Assembly: GCA_030583785.1 (NCBI GenBank)
Contig: CP129475.1
Coordinates: 699,188 to 763,187, forward strand
Source of the DNA: Candidatus Dojkabacteria bacterium
GTDB taxonomy: Bacteria; Patescibacteriota; Dojkabacteria; B142; OLB20
Reading direction: 5' to 3'
Length of the DNA stretch: 64,000 bases
Below are positions 29,817-38,478 of the stretch, in pieces. The notes beneath the pieces were generated by a model. It did not search any database. It worked only from the letters and a program-made list of their open reading frames with translations, and was not told the origin of the DNA. Numbering within the stretch: the stretch's first letter is position 1; each line of letters begins with the position of its first letter. Made by a program: the position numbers and the translations under genes.

Positions 29817-30560
29817 ATGAAAATCAACTATCAAGTTAAAGGGGAAGGGGTAAGTCTAATACTATTGCATGGTTGGGGTGGGTCTATCTCTAGCCTTGCT
29901 CCCTTGCAAGATCAATTGTCTGATCTTGGATTTCAGGTTTTTAATCTCGATCTTCCTGGTTTTGGTCAAAGTACGATGAGTAAAGAAGAAATGACCATAA
30001 GTGACTATGTTGAATTCCTGGCAAACTACATAAATAGACTAAACATTTACAAGCCCGTTATTGTAGGTCATTCCTTCGGTGGTCAAGTGGCCATGGCTTT
30101 TGCAATAAAGAATCCTCTAGTTGCATCTAGGTTGGTGCTAATTAATGCCTCGGGACTTAATCCTCGAAACGGTATGAAGAAAACGAGCATGCTAATCGTT
30201 GCAAAAATCTTTGGTGCCGTTCTATCTATTCCTCCGTTTTCAATAATTAAAGGAATCTCAAGGAAACTATTTTATAAATTTATTGTTAGAGAATCAGATT
30301 ACGCAAAAGCAGGTAATATGAAGTCCACAATGAAGAACATCCTTGCTAAAAATCTTGATCAAGAAATTGAAAAAATCGAAGAAGATACGCTGATTATCTG
30401 GGGAGAAAAAGATAGTCAAACACCCTTATGGATGGGTAAACTGCTAAGTGAAAAGATTAAAAACTCAAGACTCGAAATCATTGAAAACGCAACTCACGGA
30501 CTACCGATAAAACAACCAGAATTGGTCGCAAATTTAATTTATACATATATTAAAGCTTGA
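29817..30560 (+). CDS. alpha/beta-fold hydrolase
   Basis: LILLHGWGGS (HG motif); VIVGHSFGGQVA (GxSxG nucleophile elbow); C-terminal His in NATHGLP. Confidence 0.8.
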   Translation: MKINYQVKGEGVSLILLHGWGGSISSLAPLQDQLSDLGFQVFNLDLPGFGQSTMSKEEMTISDYVEFLANYINRLNIYKPVIVGHSFGGQVAMAFAIKNPLVASRLVLINASGLNPRNGMKKTSMLIVAKIFGAVLSIPPFSIIKGISRKLFYKFIVRESDYAKAGNMKSTMKNILAKNLDQEIEKIEEDTLIIWGEKDSQTPLWMGKLLSEKIKNSRLEIIENATHGLPIKQPELVANLIYTYIKA

Positions 30561-32341
30561 ACATGAGCGCCTTAAGTTTGCTTATAATTTTTTTTCTGTT
30601 ACCCGCTCTGGTGGTCATAAGCAAAAATGTTCTCTGGTTCGTATATTTCTGGCAAATCAAAGAATATCGAATTGACAGGGTTGTATCATATTATCGGTTT
30701 GATAGAGAATATAAACCAAAAGAAAGATTTGAATTTATCAGTAAAATCTTGTTGGTTGGTGCTTCGGTTATTCTACTATTAGTCCCTTTTGGACAACTTC
30801 GAATTTTAATCCCAATCTTGACTTATGTACTCTATGTAATAGCCTTTCAAAACGCTGTTCGATCAATAATTTCTAAAGGATTAACTCGACCAAGAATTAA
30901 GAGCATCAGAAATATACTTCTTTTGACAGGTTCTTTTTCAACCGCAGCAATTGCTTTGTTGATAGGATACTTGATATTTAACAATAATCAGCAGGTAGCA
31001 GCTAATCTCCCAGAGTTATTTGGTGGTGTTTTTTCGGACTTAACTCCCTCACAGTCTTATGCAATAGCCTATGCGGCTTATGTTCTTGTTTTTGCTTCAA
31101 TATTTGCTCTACTGCTTGATCTACTGACATTTTTAATTGTAACTGTATTTGTTTCGTTAACAGAGCCCTTGTCGCAATATCGAAGACAAAGACTAATCAA
31201 AAAGGCGAGTTCGATAATTAAGAGAAACAAAACACTGCGTATAGTAGCTGTAACTGGAAGCTATGGAAAAACAACAACCAAAGAAATGCTTTATCAAATC
31301 TTATCCAAGCACTTCATAACAGTAAAAACTCCAGAAAATAAAAACACAGAAGTGGGTGTTGCCATGACAATTATAGATTCAATAAAGCAAGACACAGAAG
31401 TGTTTATTGCAGAGATGGGTGCATACAGAAAAGGTGAGATCTATAACTCAACTAAAATTGCCCCTCCCGATATTAGTATCGTCACAGCGGTTGGCGATCA
31501 GCATCTTTCGATATTCGGTTCGGTAGAGAATATTTTCCATGCAAAATATGAAATTGTCGAAGGCTTAAAAGCTGAAGGTATAGCAGTCTTAAATGGTAAC
31601 AACGAGTATTGTTTAAGAATGGCAGAAAGAACAGAACACGATTCAATATTATATTTCTCGGTAAACGATCAAATAGTATCTACAACAGATGTGGAGCCAG
31701 AGAAAGATTCAAGTAAAAAATTTCCAAGAGACAACCATGCCTATGCCAAGAATATTAAAGTATCAACAAATGGAATAACTTTTGATTTTGTTTACGGAAG
31801 AAAAACACACAAAATTAAAACTGATCTGAGAGCTCTTCACGATATCTCAAACTTAATGGCTGCTATGATAGCCTCAATCAAACTGGGGCTCTCTAGTGAT
31901 CTAGTTGCAAAAACTGTAAATGATATTAATATCGAGGTTCCTTACTGGAATGTTCGTGAGGGTGTTTCTGGAACGATACTTATTGATGACGGCTACAATG
32001 CAAATCCTGTTGGTTTTATGGAAGCTCTAAGATATCTAGCCAATTATCAAACAACTGGAAAAAGATATGTGGTTACCGAAGGATTCATCGAGCTAGGTAG
32101 AAGCAAAGAAAGCAGATACCTAGAAATGGCAGAACAAATTGTTAGGTGTGCAGATGTACTTGTTACATCAGACAAATATCTGTGGTCCGTAGTTGCTGAC
32201 ATTGATCTTGAGTTCAATGCAATTTATACGGAATCTGCCAAGTTCTTTACCGGAATTCTTCTTGAGAATCTAGTTGATGGAGATGTTGTATTACTTGAGG
32301 GTAGTCTTCCTGCCAGTGTGTTAAGAGAAATATCTGAATAA
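30557..32341 (+). CDS. Mur-ligase family protein (MurF-like) with an N-terminal polytopic membrane domain
   Basis: The first ~220 aa contain about six TM helices. They are followed by IVAVTGSYGKTTTKEML (P-loop), EVGVAMTI...IAEMGAYRKGEI, DISIVTAVGDQHL and ILIDDGYNANPVGFMEALRYL (Mur ligase C-terminal domain). Confidence 0.65.
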   Translation: MNMSALSLLIIFFLLPALVVISKNVLWFVYFWQIKEYRIDRVVSYYRFDREYKPKERFEFISKILLVGASVILLLVPFGQLRILIPILTYVLYVIAFQNAVRSIISKGLTRPRIKSIRNILLLTGSFSTAAIALLIGYLIFNNNQQVAANLPELFGGVFSDLTPSQSYAIAYAAYVLVFASIFALLLDLLTFLIVTVFVSLTEPLSQYRRQRLIKKASSIIKRNKTLRIVAVTGSYGKTTTKEMLYQILSKHFITVKTPENKNTEVGVAMTIIDSIKQDTEVFIAEMGAYRKGEIYNSTKIAPPDISIVTAVGDQHLSIFGSVENIFHAKYEIVEGLKAEGIAVLNGNNEYCLRMAERTEHDSILYFSVNDQIVSTTDVEPEKDSSKKFPRDNHAYAKNIKVSTNGITFDFVYGRKTHKIKTDLRALHDISNLMAAMIASIKLGLSSDLVAKTVNDINIEVPYWNVREGVSGTILIDDGYNANPVGFMEALRYLANYQTTGKRYVVTEGFIELGRSKESRYLEMAEQIVRCADVLVTSDKYLWSVVADIDLEFNAIYTESAKFFTGILLENLVDGDVVLLEGSLPASVLREISE

Positions 32342-33366
32342 TGGGAATAGAGATTAAACATATCGACAATGAAGCTGTGTGGGAAGGATTTATTGCTGGT
32401 TCGCAAATTCCTACTTCATTCTTTCAATCATGGAAGTGGGGGCTTTTTGAGAAATCGTTAAATAAAACCGTTCACTTCCTGGGTTTCTACCAAGAAGAAG
32501 AACTGCTTGGGATAGGCTTGGCTATTGAGGTAGCCGCCCGTAGGGGTAATTTCCTGCATTTTCGAAACGGACCTCTGCTGAAGTGGGATCAAAGTTTTTC
32601 GTTAAATAAAATTCTTGATCTTATCGAAGTCTTTGCCCGAGATCTTTACATGGACTTTGTGAGAGTAAGTCCACTTGTTTTAGTTAATGGTCAGGCACAT
32701 TTGTTTCTAAAGCGAAAAGGTTATGTCCCGAGTCAGCTGCATGATGTAGACGCAGAAATCACTTGGATGCTTGACCTCACTCAGTCAGAAGAAACAATTC
32801 TCGAGAATATGAGAAAAAATACTCGCTACGCTATAAGCCGTGCTAAAAGAGACGGAATACAAATAGAGATCAGCTCAGATGCAGACTCGATAGATGAATT
32901 CTGGCCTATATATCAAGATACTGTCCGTAGACAAAACTGGAAGGCATATTCCAAAGAGTATATTCGAAGTGAATTTGAGGTCTTTTCGGCTGAGAATTCT
33001 GCAAACATGTTTATAGCCAAACTTAATGGAAAGCCAATAGCAGGATCAATCTTTATTTATTACCAAGATCAGGCGTACTATCATCATTCTGGCAGTTTGA
33101 CTGAATATCGAAAATACCCTGCACCATATTTAATTCAATGGGAATCGATACTTGAAGCTAAAAGAAGAGGTCTTAAGACATATAACTTTTTTGGTATTGC
33201 AAGAGACGGTAATCCAAAACATCCTTGGGCCGGTTTAACTTTCTTCAAGAAAGGTTTTGGAGGATATGAACAAAGATGGCTTCATGCTCACGATAAACCA
33301 CTCAAGCCAAAATACTGGGCTACCTTTTTGTTTGAGCTTATTGAACGGCGTCGGAGGGGATATTAA
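32341..33366 (+). CDS. FemAB-family peptidyltransferase (peptidoglycan interpeptide bridge formation)
   Basis: FQSWKWGLFE...YYHHSGSLTEYRKYPAPYLIQWESILEAKRRGLKTYNFFGI matches the FemABX family. Confidence 0.7.
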   Translation: MGIEIKHIDNEAVWEGFIAGSQIPTSFFQSWKWGLFEKSLNKTVHFLGFYQEEELLGIGLAIEVAARRGNFLHFRNGPLLKWDQSFSLNKILDLIEVFARDLYMDFVRVSPLVLVNGQAHLFLKRKGYVPSQLHDVDAEITWMLDLTQSEETILENMRKNTRYAISRAKRDGIQIEISSDADSIDEFWPIYQDTVRRQNWKAYSKEYIRSEFEVFSAENSANMFIAKLNGKPIAGSIFIYYQDQAYYHHSGSLTEYRKYPAPYLIQWESILEAKRRGLKTYNFFGIARDGNPKHPWAGLTFFKKGFGGYEQRWLHAHDKPLKPKYWATFLFELIERRRRGY

Positions 33367-35140
33367 TAATATAGTTTGGCTCATCATTTTTTAGATATAT
33401 TGGCCTCCCGTGCATTTGAATATTGCCACTTCGAATATAGAATAGATGATACCTATTGGTGTCTGATAAGAAGAATCCCTTATGCGTTAACTTTGATAGA
33501 GCAAGTTGCCTATCTGGAATTTCCTCGAAAGTTAAGTTGCCACTTTGGGTGCAGATGTCTGGACAAAGAATCGTAAAGCTATCTTGATCTGTTGGGTTAA
33601 ATAACTTGCCGTTAAATATCTTTTGTTCAAAATTGTCATAGATGATGAGGTCTATATGTTCTGGTAGTTCTGAATGATAGATTGGAGGCAATAAAAATCG
33701 TATCTTCGTTTCTGTTGAGTCTCTTTCGTCTATCCTTAATAATGGATCAGATAAACCGATGAGTATTCCGGCGATGCTGTTGCCTCCGCTGAAGTCTGCC
33801 ACAATTGAATCAGCCAGTTGTTTAAGAGAAGTGGAAGTATTAATTCGATCAAAGTTATATGTTATAAAGTCAGTAATAACATAGCCACCGATTTTGTTGC
33901 CAATCTTGTATTCGGGGGTGATTCTGTAAAGACCTGCAATAATAAGCGACCAAGAAGTAGCAAGAGTAATAATTAGTAGCAATACTTTCGCTGAGATTAG
34001 TTTGGGTTTCCATTTAATAAACGATGCAACTCCGAAAACAGCAAAAGGAAGCAACATAATTAAAAACCTGCTTCCGTAACTACCGCCTCCATTCCAGGCA
34101 GGCCAAAAACCATAGAAGATTGCAGTAATTAGAACAAACGCCAGCCCTGCGAGTCCAAAGAAGTGCTTTCTTTTTACAAGGATAAGTAATCCCGCTACAG
34201 CAATAAAAAACAAAGGGGAATAGATAAGCCATCCCCGTTCAGCAGAAAGAAGAACATTATGTGCGTTAAACTCGCTTAGAGTGAAATGTTCACCGCGAAT
34301 CTCTTTGTATCCGGAACTGATTAAGTTTCCATAAGAGACAAAATTGTATAGCATCCAGAGCAGGCCGCTTGGAACTGTGCCTAATATAAGCAGAAGTGTG
34401 GCTTTGAAATTTCTTTTGTAAAGTAATGTCAAAATAAACAGTCCGCCAGGTACAACCGCAAGCGGCCTGATCATGAAAGCGAAACCAATTGCAAGCCCAG
34501 CAAAAAGAGCATGCTTATTCTGTTTAGAAAGCGTATATCTTTGAAAAAAGAATATTGAAAGAGTGACCATAAACAGTTCGTATGTATGTGTATAGGACGG
34601 TTGAAGGAACACATACCAAAAAGCATAGCTACTTAGATACCCACCTGCGGTTGAGATCAAGGCAACCCTGTGCGAAAAGCCTCCCTCTCTCAGAAGCTTG
34701 TAGAGAAGAATGATCGTTGCAATAGCAAATACATTCGCCGTCACCAGAACAGATAAACCGTCTGTAAATGAATGTCCGTTGAATGCTTTAAAATAGTCGT
34801 CATAAATAGTGCCCTCGTTGAATAGCAATTTTGAGATTGTAATTCCCGGATATAGAATCATTCCCGTTCCTGGAGAACAAACCGTTGCATGGTTACCCCT
34901 GTATTCTTCGATGACATGTCCTTTGTAGTCGAAATATTCTGGCTGAGATGGTGAAACAAATGAAGAATGATCATGAATTGATCGAGCAATATGATAATAG
35001 CAGTAGCCATCCGAATAGATAAAAGGAACTCCGCTAATAAAGCTTAAAGATACAAACAAACTAACCACTATAAAAAGCAGTTTGCGAGGCGAATCGATGA
35101 TGCGATTTAAGAGCATTATAAAGTGATTATACACATCCAT
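33338..35140 (-). CDS. GT-C-fold membrane glycosyltransferase (PMT/ArnT-like), about 12 TM helices
   Basis: Polytopic protein with FIYSDGYCYYHIARSI near the first loop (the DE/D-rich loop of the GT39/83 family). I moved the start to the internal ATG at 35140 to avoid overlap with gltX; the longer ORF begins at 35251. Confidence 0.45.
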   Translation of the reverse strand: MDVYNHFIMLLNRIIDSPRKLLFIVVSLFVSLSFISGVPFIYSDGYCYYHIARSIHDHSSFVSPSQPEYFDYKGHVIEEYRGNHATVCSPGTGMILYPGITISKLLFNEGTIYDDYFKAFNGHSFTDGLSVLVTANVFAIATIILLYKLLREGGFSHRVALISTAGGYLSSYAFWYVFLQPSYTHTYELFMVTLSIFFFQRYTLSKQNKHALFAGLAIGFAFMIRPLAVVPGGLFILTLLYKRNFKATLLLILGTVPSGLLWMLYNFVSYGNLISSGYKEIRGEHFTLSEFNAHNVLLSAERGWLIYSPLFFIAVAGLLILVKRKHFFGLAGLAFVLITAIFYGFWPAWNGGGSYGSRFLIMLLPFAVFGVASFIKWKPKLISAKVLLLIITLATSWSLIIAGLYRITPEYKIGNKIGGYVITDFITYNFDRINTSTSLKQLADSIVADFSGGNSIAGILIGLSDPLLRIDERDSTETKIRFLLPPIYHSELPEHIDLIIYDNFEQKIFNGKLFNPTDQDSFTILCPDICTQSGNLTFEEIPDRQLALSKLTHKGFFLSDTNRYHLFYIRSGNIQMHGRPIYLKNDEPNYIINIPSDAVQ

Positions 35141-35195
35141 GTTGGACTGTGACACTATTGGTGATAAAATCACATAATTGATAACCACTACTATT

Positions 35196-36686
35196 ATGGT
35201 CCGAACAAGATTTGCTCCGAGTCCAACAGGGTTTTTACATATTGGTGCCATTCGTACAGCACTCTACGCATATGCACAGGCGAAAAAACATGGCGGTCAA
35301 TATCTATTAAGAATAGAGGATACAGATAGAAATCGTTATGTTCCAGAATCAGAAGAAGCGATCTATAGAATATTAGATGAATATGGACTCCCCGCAGACG
35401 AAAGCGTTGTCAGGGGCGGAGACTACGGACCCTACAGACAATCAGATCGTCTTTCTTTGTATAAAAAGTATGCAGAACAACTTGTCGAGCAAGGGGCTGC
35501 CTACTACAGTTTTGAAACTAAAGAAGAGCTCGATGAACATAGAAAGCTAAAAGAACAGAATAATCAGCATGACGCCTTTCGTTCACAATATCGCGACTTA
35601 GATTTAGAAAAAGCAAAAGCGAGGATTGTCAATGGAGAAAAGTATGTTGTTAGACTTAAGGTCCCATCAAATGTCGAATTGGTTTTTGAAGATGTCCTTC
35701 AAGGAAAAATGACATTTAATACAGACGATGTTGACGAAGGAATCTTACTCAAATCTGACGGATTCCCAACCTACCATTTAGCGGTCGTTGTTGATGATCA
35801 CTTAATGAAGGTAACACATGTATTTCGAGGAGTTGAATGGATACCAAGCACTCCGAAACACATCTTGTTGTATAAAGCCTTAGGATGGGAGATGCCAGTT
35901 ATCGCTCATCTGCCAGTTATTTTAGATCCATCAGGTGGAAAGCTTTCTAAACGAAAAGGAGCTGTAGCTGCAGACGAATTTCTTCAAGAAGGTTATTTGC
36001 CAGAAGCAATCCTTAACTTTTTGATGTTACTTGGCTGGTCTTCGCCGGTAGCTCGAAAGCATGGTGAAGCAGAAAGAGAATTCTTTAGTTTGCAGGATTT
36101 TGTTGAACTATTTGATATCCATGACCTAAACAAAAGCAGTCCAGTTTTTAATAGAGATAAACTAATCTGGTTCAACCAAAAATATATTCAAGCAATGTCT
36201 GCAGATAGGTTCCAAAACACATATCTTGAATGGCTTAATAAATATAATAAAGACGAAGACCTAGTTAAGTTCTTTAAAGATGCCGGACCAGATAAGAGCC
36301 AACAAATGCTCGTCCTTGAGCAAAATAGAATCAAAATGCTTTCTGAGGTGGGCAAGTCACTAGATATCTATCGATTCAAGCCCAAAAAAGTAAACCTGTC
36401 AGAAATTAAGCAGTTAAAAAAAATGTCAAAAGAGACAGCAGAGAATCTTGTCAGAGACTTTAGTCTAGAACTTGAAAAAAAAGAATCAATAAGATCATGG
36501 GGACATGAAGATTGGGAATCTTTCGTAAGATGGCTTGCGGAACAGTATAGCGAAAAGGCCGGCAATGTATTCATGTTGCTAAGGATTGCCGTATGTGGCT
36601 CTCCTTTCTCGCCACCACTTTACGAGGTTCTAGAAATTCTTGAGAAAGAAGAAGTTATAACTAGATTGAACGATTTTTCTGCATGA
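35196..36686 (+). CDS. gltX: glutamyl-tRNA synthetase
   Basis: RFAPSPTGFLHIGAIRTALYAY (HIGH motif); IEDTDRNR; KLSKRKGA (KMSKS). Confidence 0.9.
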   Translation: MVRTRFAPSPTGFLHIGAIRTALYAYAQAKKHGGQYLLRIEDTDRNRYVPESEEAIYRILDEYGLPADESVVRGGDYGPYRQSDRLSLYKKYAEQLVEQGAAYYSFETKEELDEHRKLKEQNNQHDAFRSQYRDLDLEKAKARIVNGEKYVVRLKVPSNVELVFEDVLQGKMTFNTDDVDEGILLKSDGFPTYHLAVVVDDHLMKVTHVFRGVEWIPSTPKHILLYKALGWEMPVIAHLPVILDPSGGKLSKRKGAVAADEFLQEGYLPEAILNFLMLLGWSSPVARKHGEAEREFFSLQDFVELFDIHDLNKSSPVFNRDKLIWFNQKYIQAMSADRFQNTYLEWLNKYNKDEDLVKFFKDAGPDKSQQMLVLEQNRIKMLSEVGKSLDIYRFKPKKVNLSEIKQLKKMSKETAENLVRDFSLELEKKESIRSWGHEDWESFVRWLAEQYSEKAGNVFMLLRIAVCGSPFSPPLYEVLEILEKEEVITRLNDFSA

Positions 36687-38428
36687 AATACATTGCTATT
36701 GCCCTAGCATGTTTTGCATATCTTTTTCTCTATCCTTGGTTCACGGTTGTTTTCGCAAATGAGGTCGAGTATAAATCCACAACTCGGATAACTGTAGAGG
36801 ATAATAACTCTCTTTATATTCAACAAGATTACGAGCTGCAAAACACATCTTCACAGAATCTGGTTAATAGTTTTTCGATAAACCTTCCCTCCAATCCAAG
36901 CTCAATTGTTGCAGAAAAGGACGGTATGAAAATACCGGTCAATATTTCTAGATCTCAAATAAATATTGACATCAGTTCCAGTCCAATAAGGTTGAATAGC
37001 ATTGGTAAAATTAAGGTCTCGTACAGGGTTGATGGCTTTGTCTCTTCGCAAAGGTATTATTCAGAAATTAACTGGCCTGGGTTTAAGCTTGATGGTAAAG
37101 AGAATCAACACATAACGACAATCTTTGTAAATAAAAACAAGGGTGATCTTCTATACAGACAGGCTGATGAATCTCAGGTGTCAATAACTAACGAGAGATA
37201 CGAGATTTCGCTACCAAGTTCAAAAGGGGCGTATCTAGTGTTTGGAAACATTCCAATAACTTTCGATATCAATGCTAAATGGATGATTAATAATGTCGGG
37301 CAGTCTGATGCAAATTATCGAATTCCGCTACCTAGCGAAAGTTTAGGATTTTTTCAGTATAAATCTCTAACAGGAGTAGATTACGGCTACCTCGACGATT
37401 ATGGCAATAAATATGCAGCTCTGAGATTAAATAACGATGAGTTACGCGAAGGTACAATCGTGGGTCAATGGGTTCCTTATACGGGTTTTACCTTTCCTGA
37501 AGATCTCTCTTTGGGAAAATATCAAGCCAATGTACAGTCGCTGGCGATAGATTTGAGTGCCGAACGCTCGCAGATAAGAAAAGCATTGCTAGACCTTTTA
37601 AATCCAAGTTTTGAATATGGTTTATCAAAAAGAAGTGGTATTATCGAAAGCTTAACATTCGGTAAACAAAGTCCCATTGATTATGCCAATATTTTTCAAG
37701 CAGCTTACCATTCTGCTGGGATACCTACAAAGATTGTTGTTGGTATTCGCACCTTTCCCGGAGAACAGAATTACAAGTGGCATGCCTGGTTACTGGTTAA
37801 AACAGAAGATGGTTGGATAAGCGAAGACCCTTACCTAGACGATTTGCATGGTTTTTCGCAAACAGTTCCTTTTGTTCCGCACGCACTTCCGTGGATTATA
37901 ATTAATCAAGACGATGAGCTTAAGGATATTGCTTTTTATTCCATAGATCCTGCATCTGTAATTACGAGTCAGACTTCATCATTCGATAATCAAGATCAAG
38001 AGATGGATATCTCAGGCGAATTGTTTTTAAAAGATGCGGCGTATTCGGCCGTGGCTTTGCCTTTATATCTGCGCGTAACGAATTTAGGCTCTGTTCCAGT
38101 TTCTATTAAAGAGATAGAAATTATAGGAACTAAGATTGATGAGCATCTGTATAAATACGAGTGGTTAATTCCCGGTTCAACCAGAGAAATCCCTATAACG
38201 GGGGTCTCGGTTGATGATCCATTTTACTCCGGGAAAAAACTGCTGGAAGGCTATGTTGAATTTACCGATGGAAATAACACTTCAATAAGCGATCTCTCCT
38301 TAGATATCGATCTGGAGATAGATTATCAACGCTTGGCTTTCAATACACTTTTGTTGCTGATAATTGGTGTTATTATTGCAATAATTGCACGCAGAAAGTT
38401 TTCTACGCATAAGAAAAGAAGCAGATAG
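36683..38428 (+). CDS. surface-anchored transglutaminase-like domain protein (catalytic Cys apparently replaced)
   Basis: Signal peptide MKYIAIALACFAYLFLYPWFTVVFA. TGase-core-like segment IDYANIFQAAYHSAGIPTKIVVGI...WHAWLLVKTEDGWISEDP. C-terminal TM helix plus an RRKF...KKRSR tail. Confidence 0.45.
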   Translation: MKYIAIALACFAYLFLYPWFTVVFANEVEYKSTTRITVEDNNSLYIQQDYELQNTSSQNLVNSFSINLPSNPSSIVAEKDGMKIPVNISRSQINIDISSSPIRLNSIGKIKVSYRVDGFVSSQRYYSEINWPGFKLDGKENQHITTIFVNKNKGDLLYRQADESQVSITNERYEISLPSSKGAYLVFGNIPITFDINAKWMINNVGQSDANYRIPLPSESLGFFQYKSLTGVDYGYLDDYGNKYAALRLNNDELREGTIVGQWVPYTGFTFPEDLSLGKYQANVQSLAIDLSAERSQIRKALLDLLNPSFEYGLSKRSGIIESLTFGKQSPIDYANIFQAAYHSAGIPTKIVVGIRTFPGEQNYKWHAWLLVKTEDGWISEDPYLDDLHGFSQTVPFVPHALPWIIINQDDELKDIAFYSIDPASVITSQTSSFDNQDQEMDISGELFLKDAAYSAVALPLYLRVTNLGSVPVSIKEIEIIGTKIDEHLYKYEWLIPGSTREIPITGVSVDDPFYSGKKLLEGYVEFTDGNNTSISDLSLDIDLEIDYQRLAFNTLLLLIIGVIIAIIARRKFSTHKKRSR

Positions 38429-38478
38429 TTTTACAGTGCACTGCCGATAACATATAATTTGGTAGTTAAATCTGCCCA

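Noticed and set aside
33338-35251. Full-length 637-aa version of the minus-strand GT-C ORF
   Set aside because: The first 37 codons overlap the gltX start and its likely RBS. I chose the internal ATG at 35140, but the longer form cannot be excluded.
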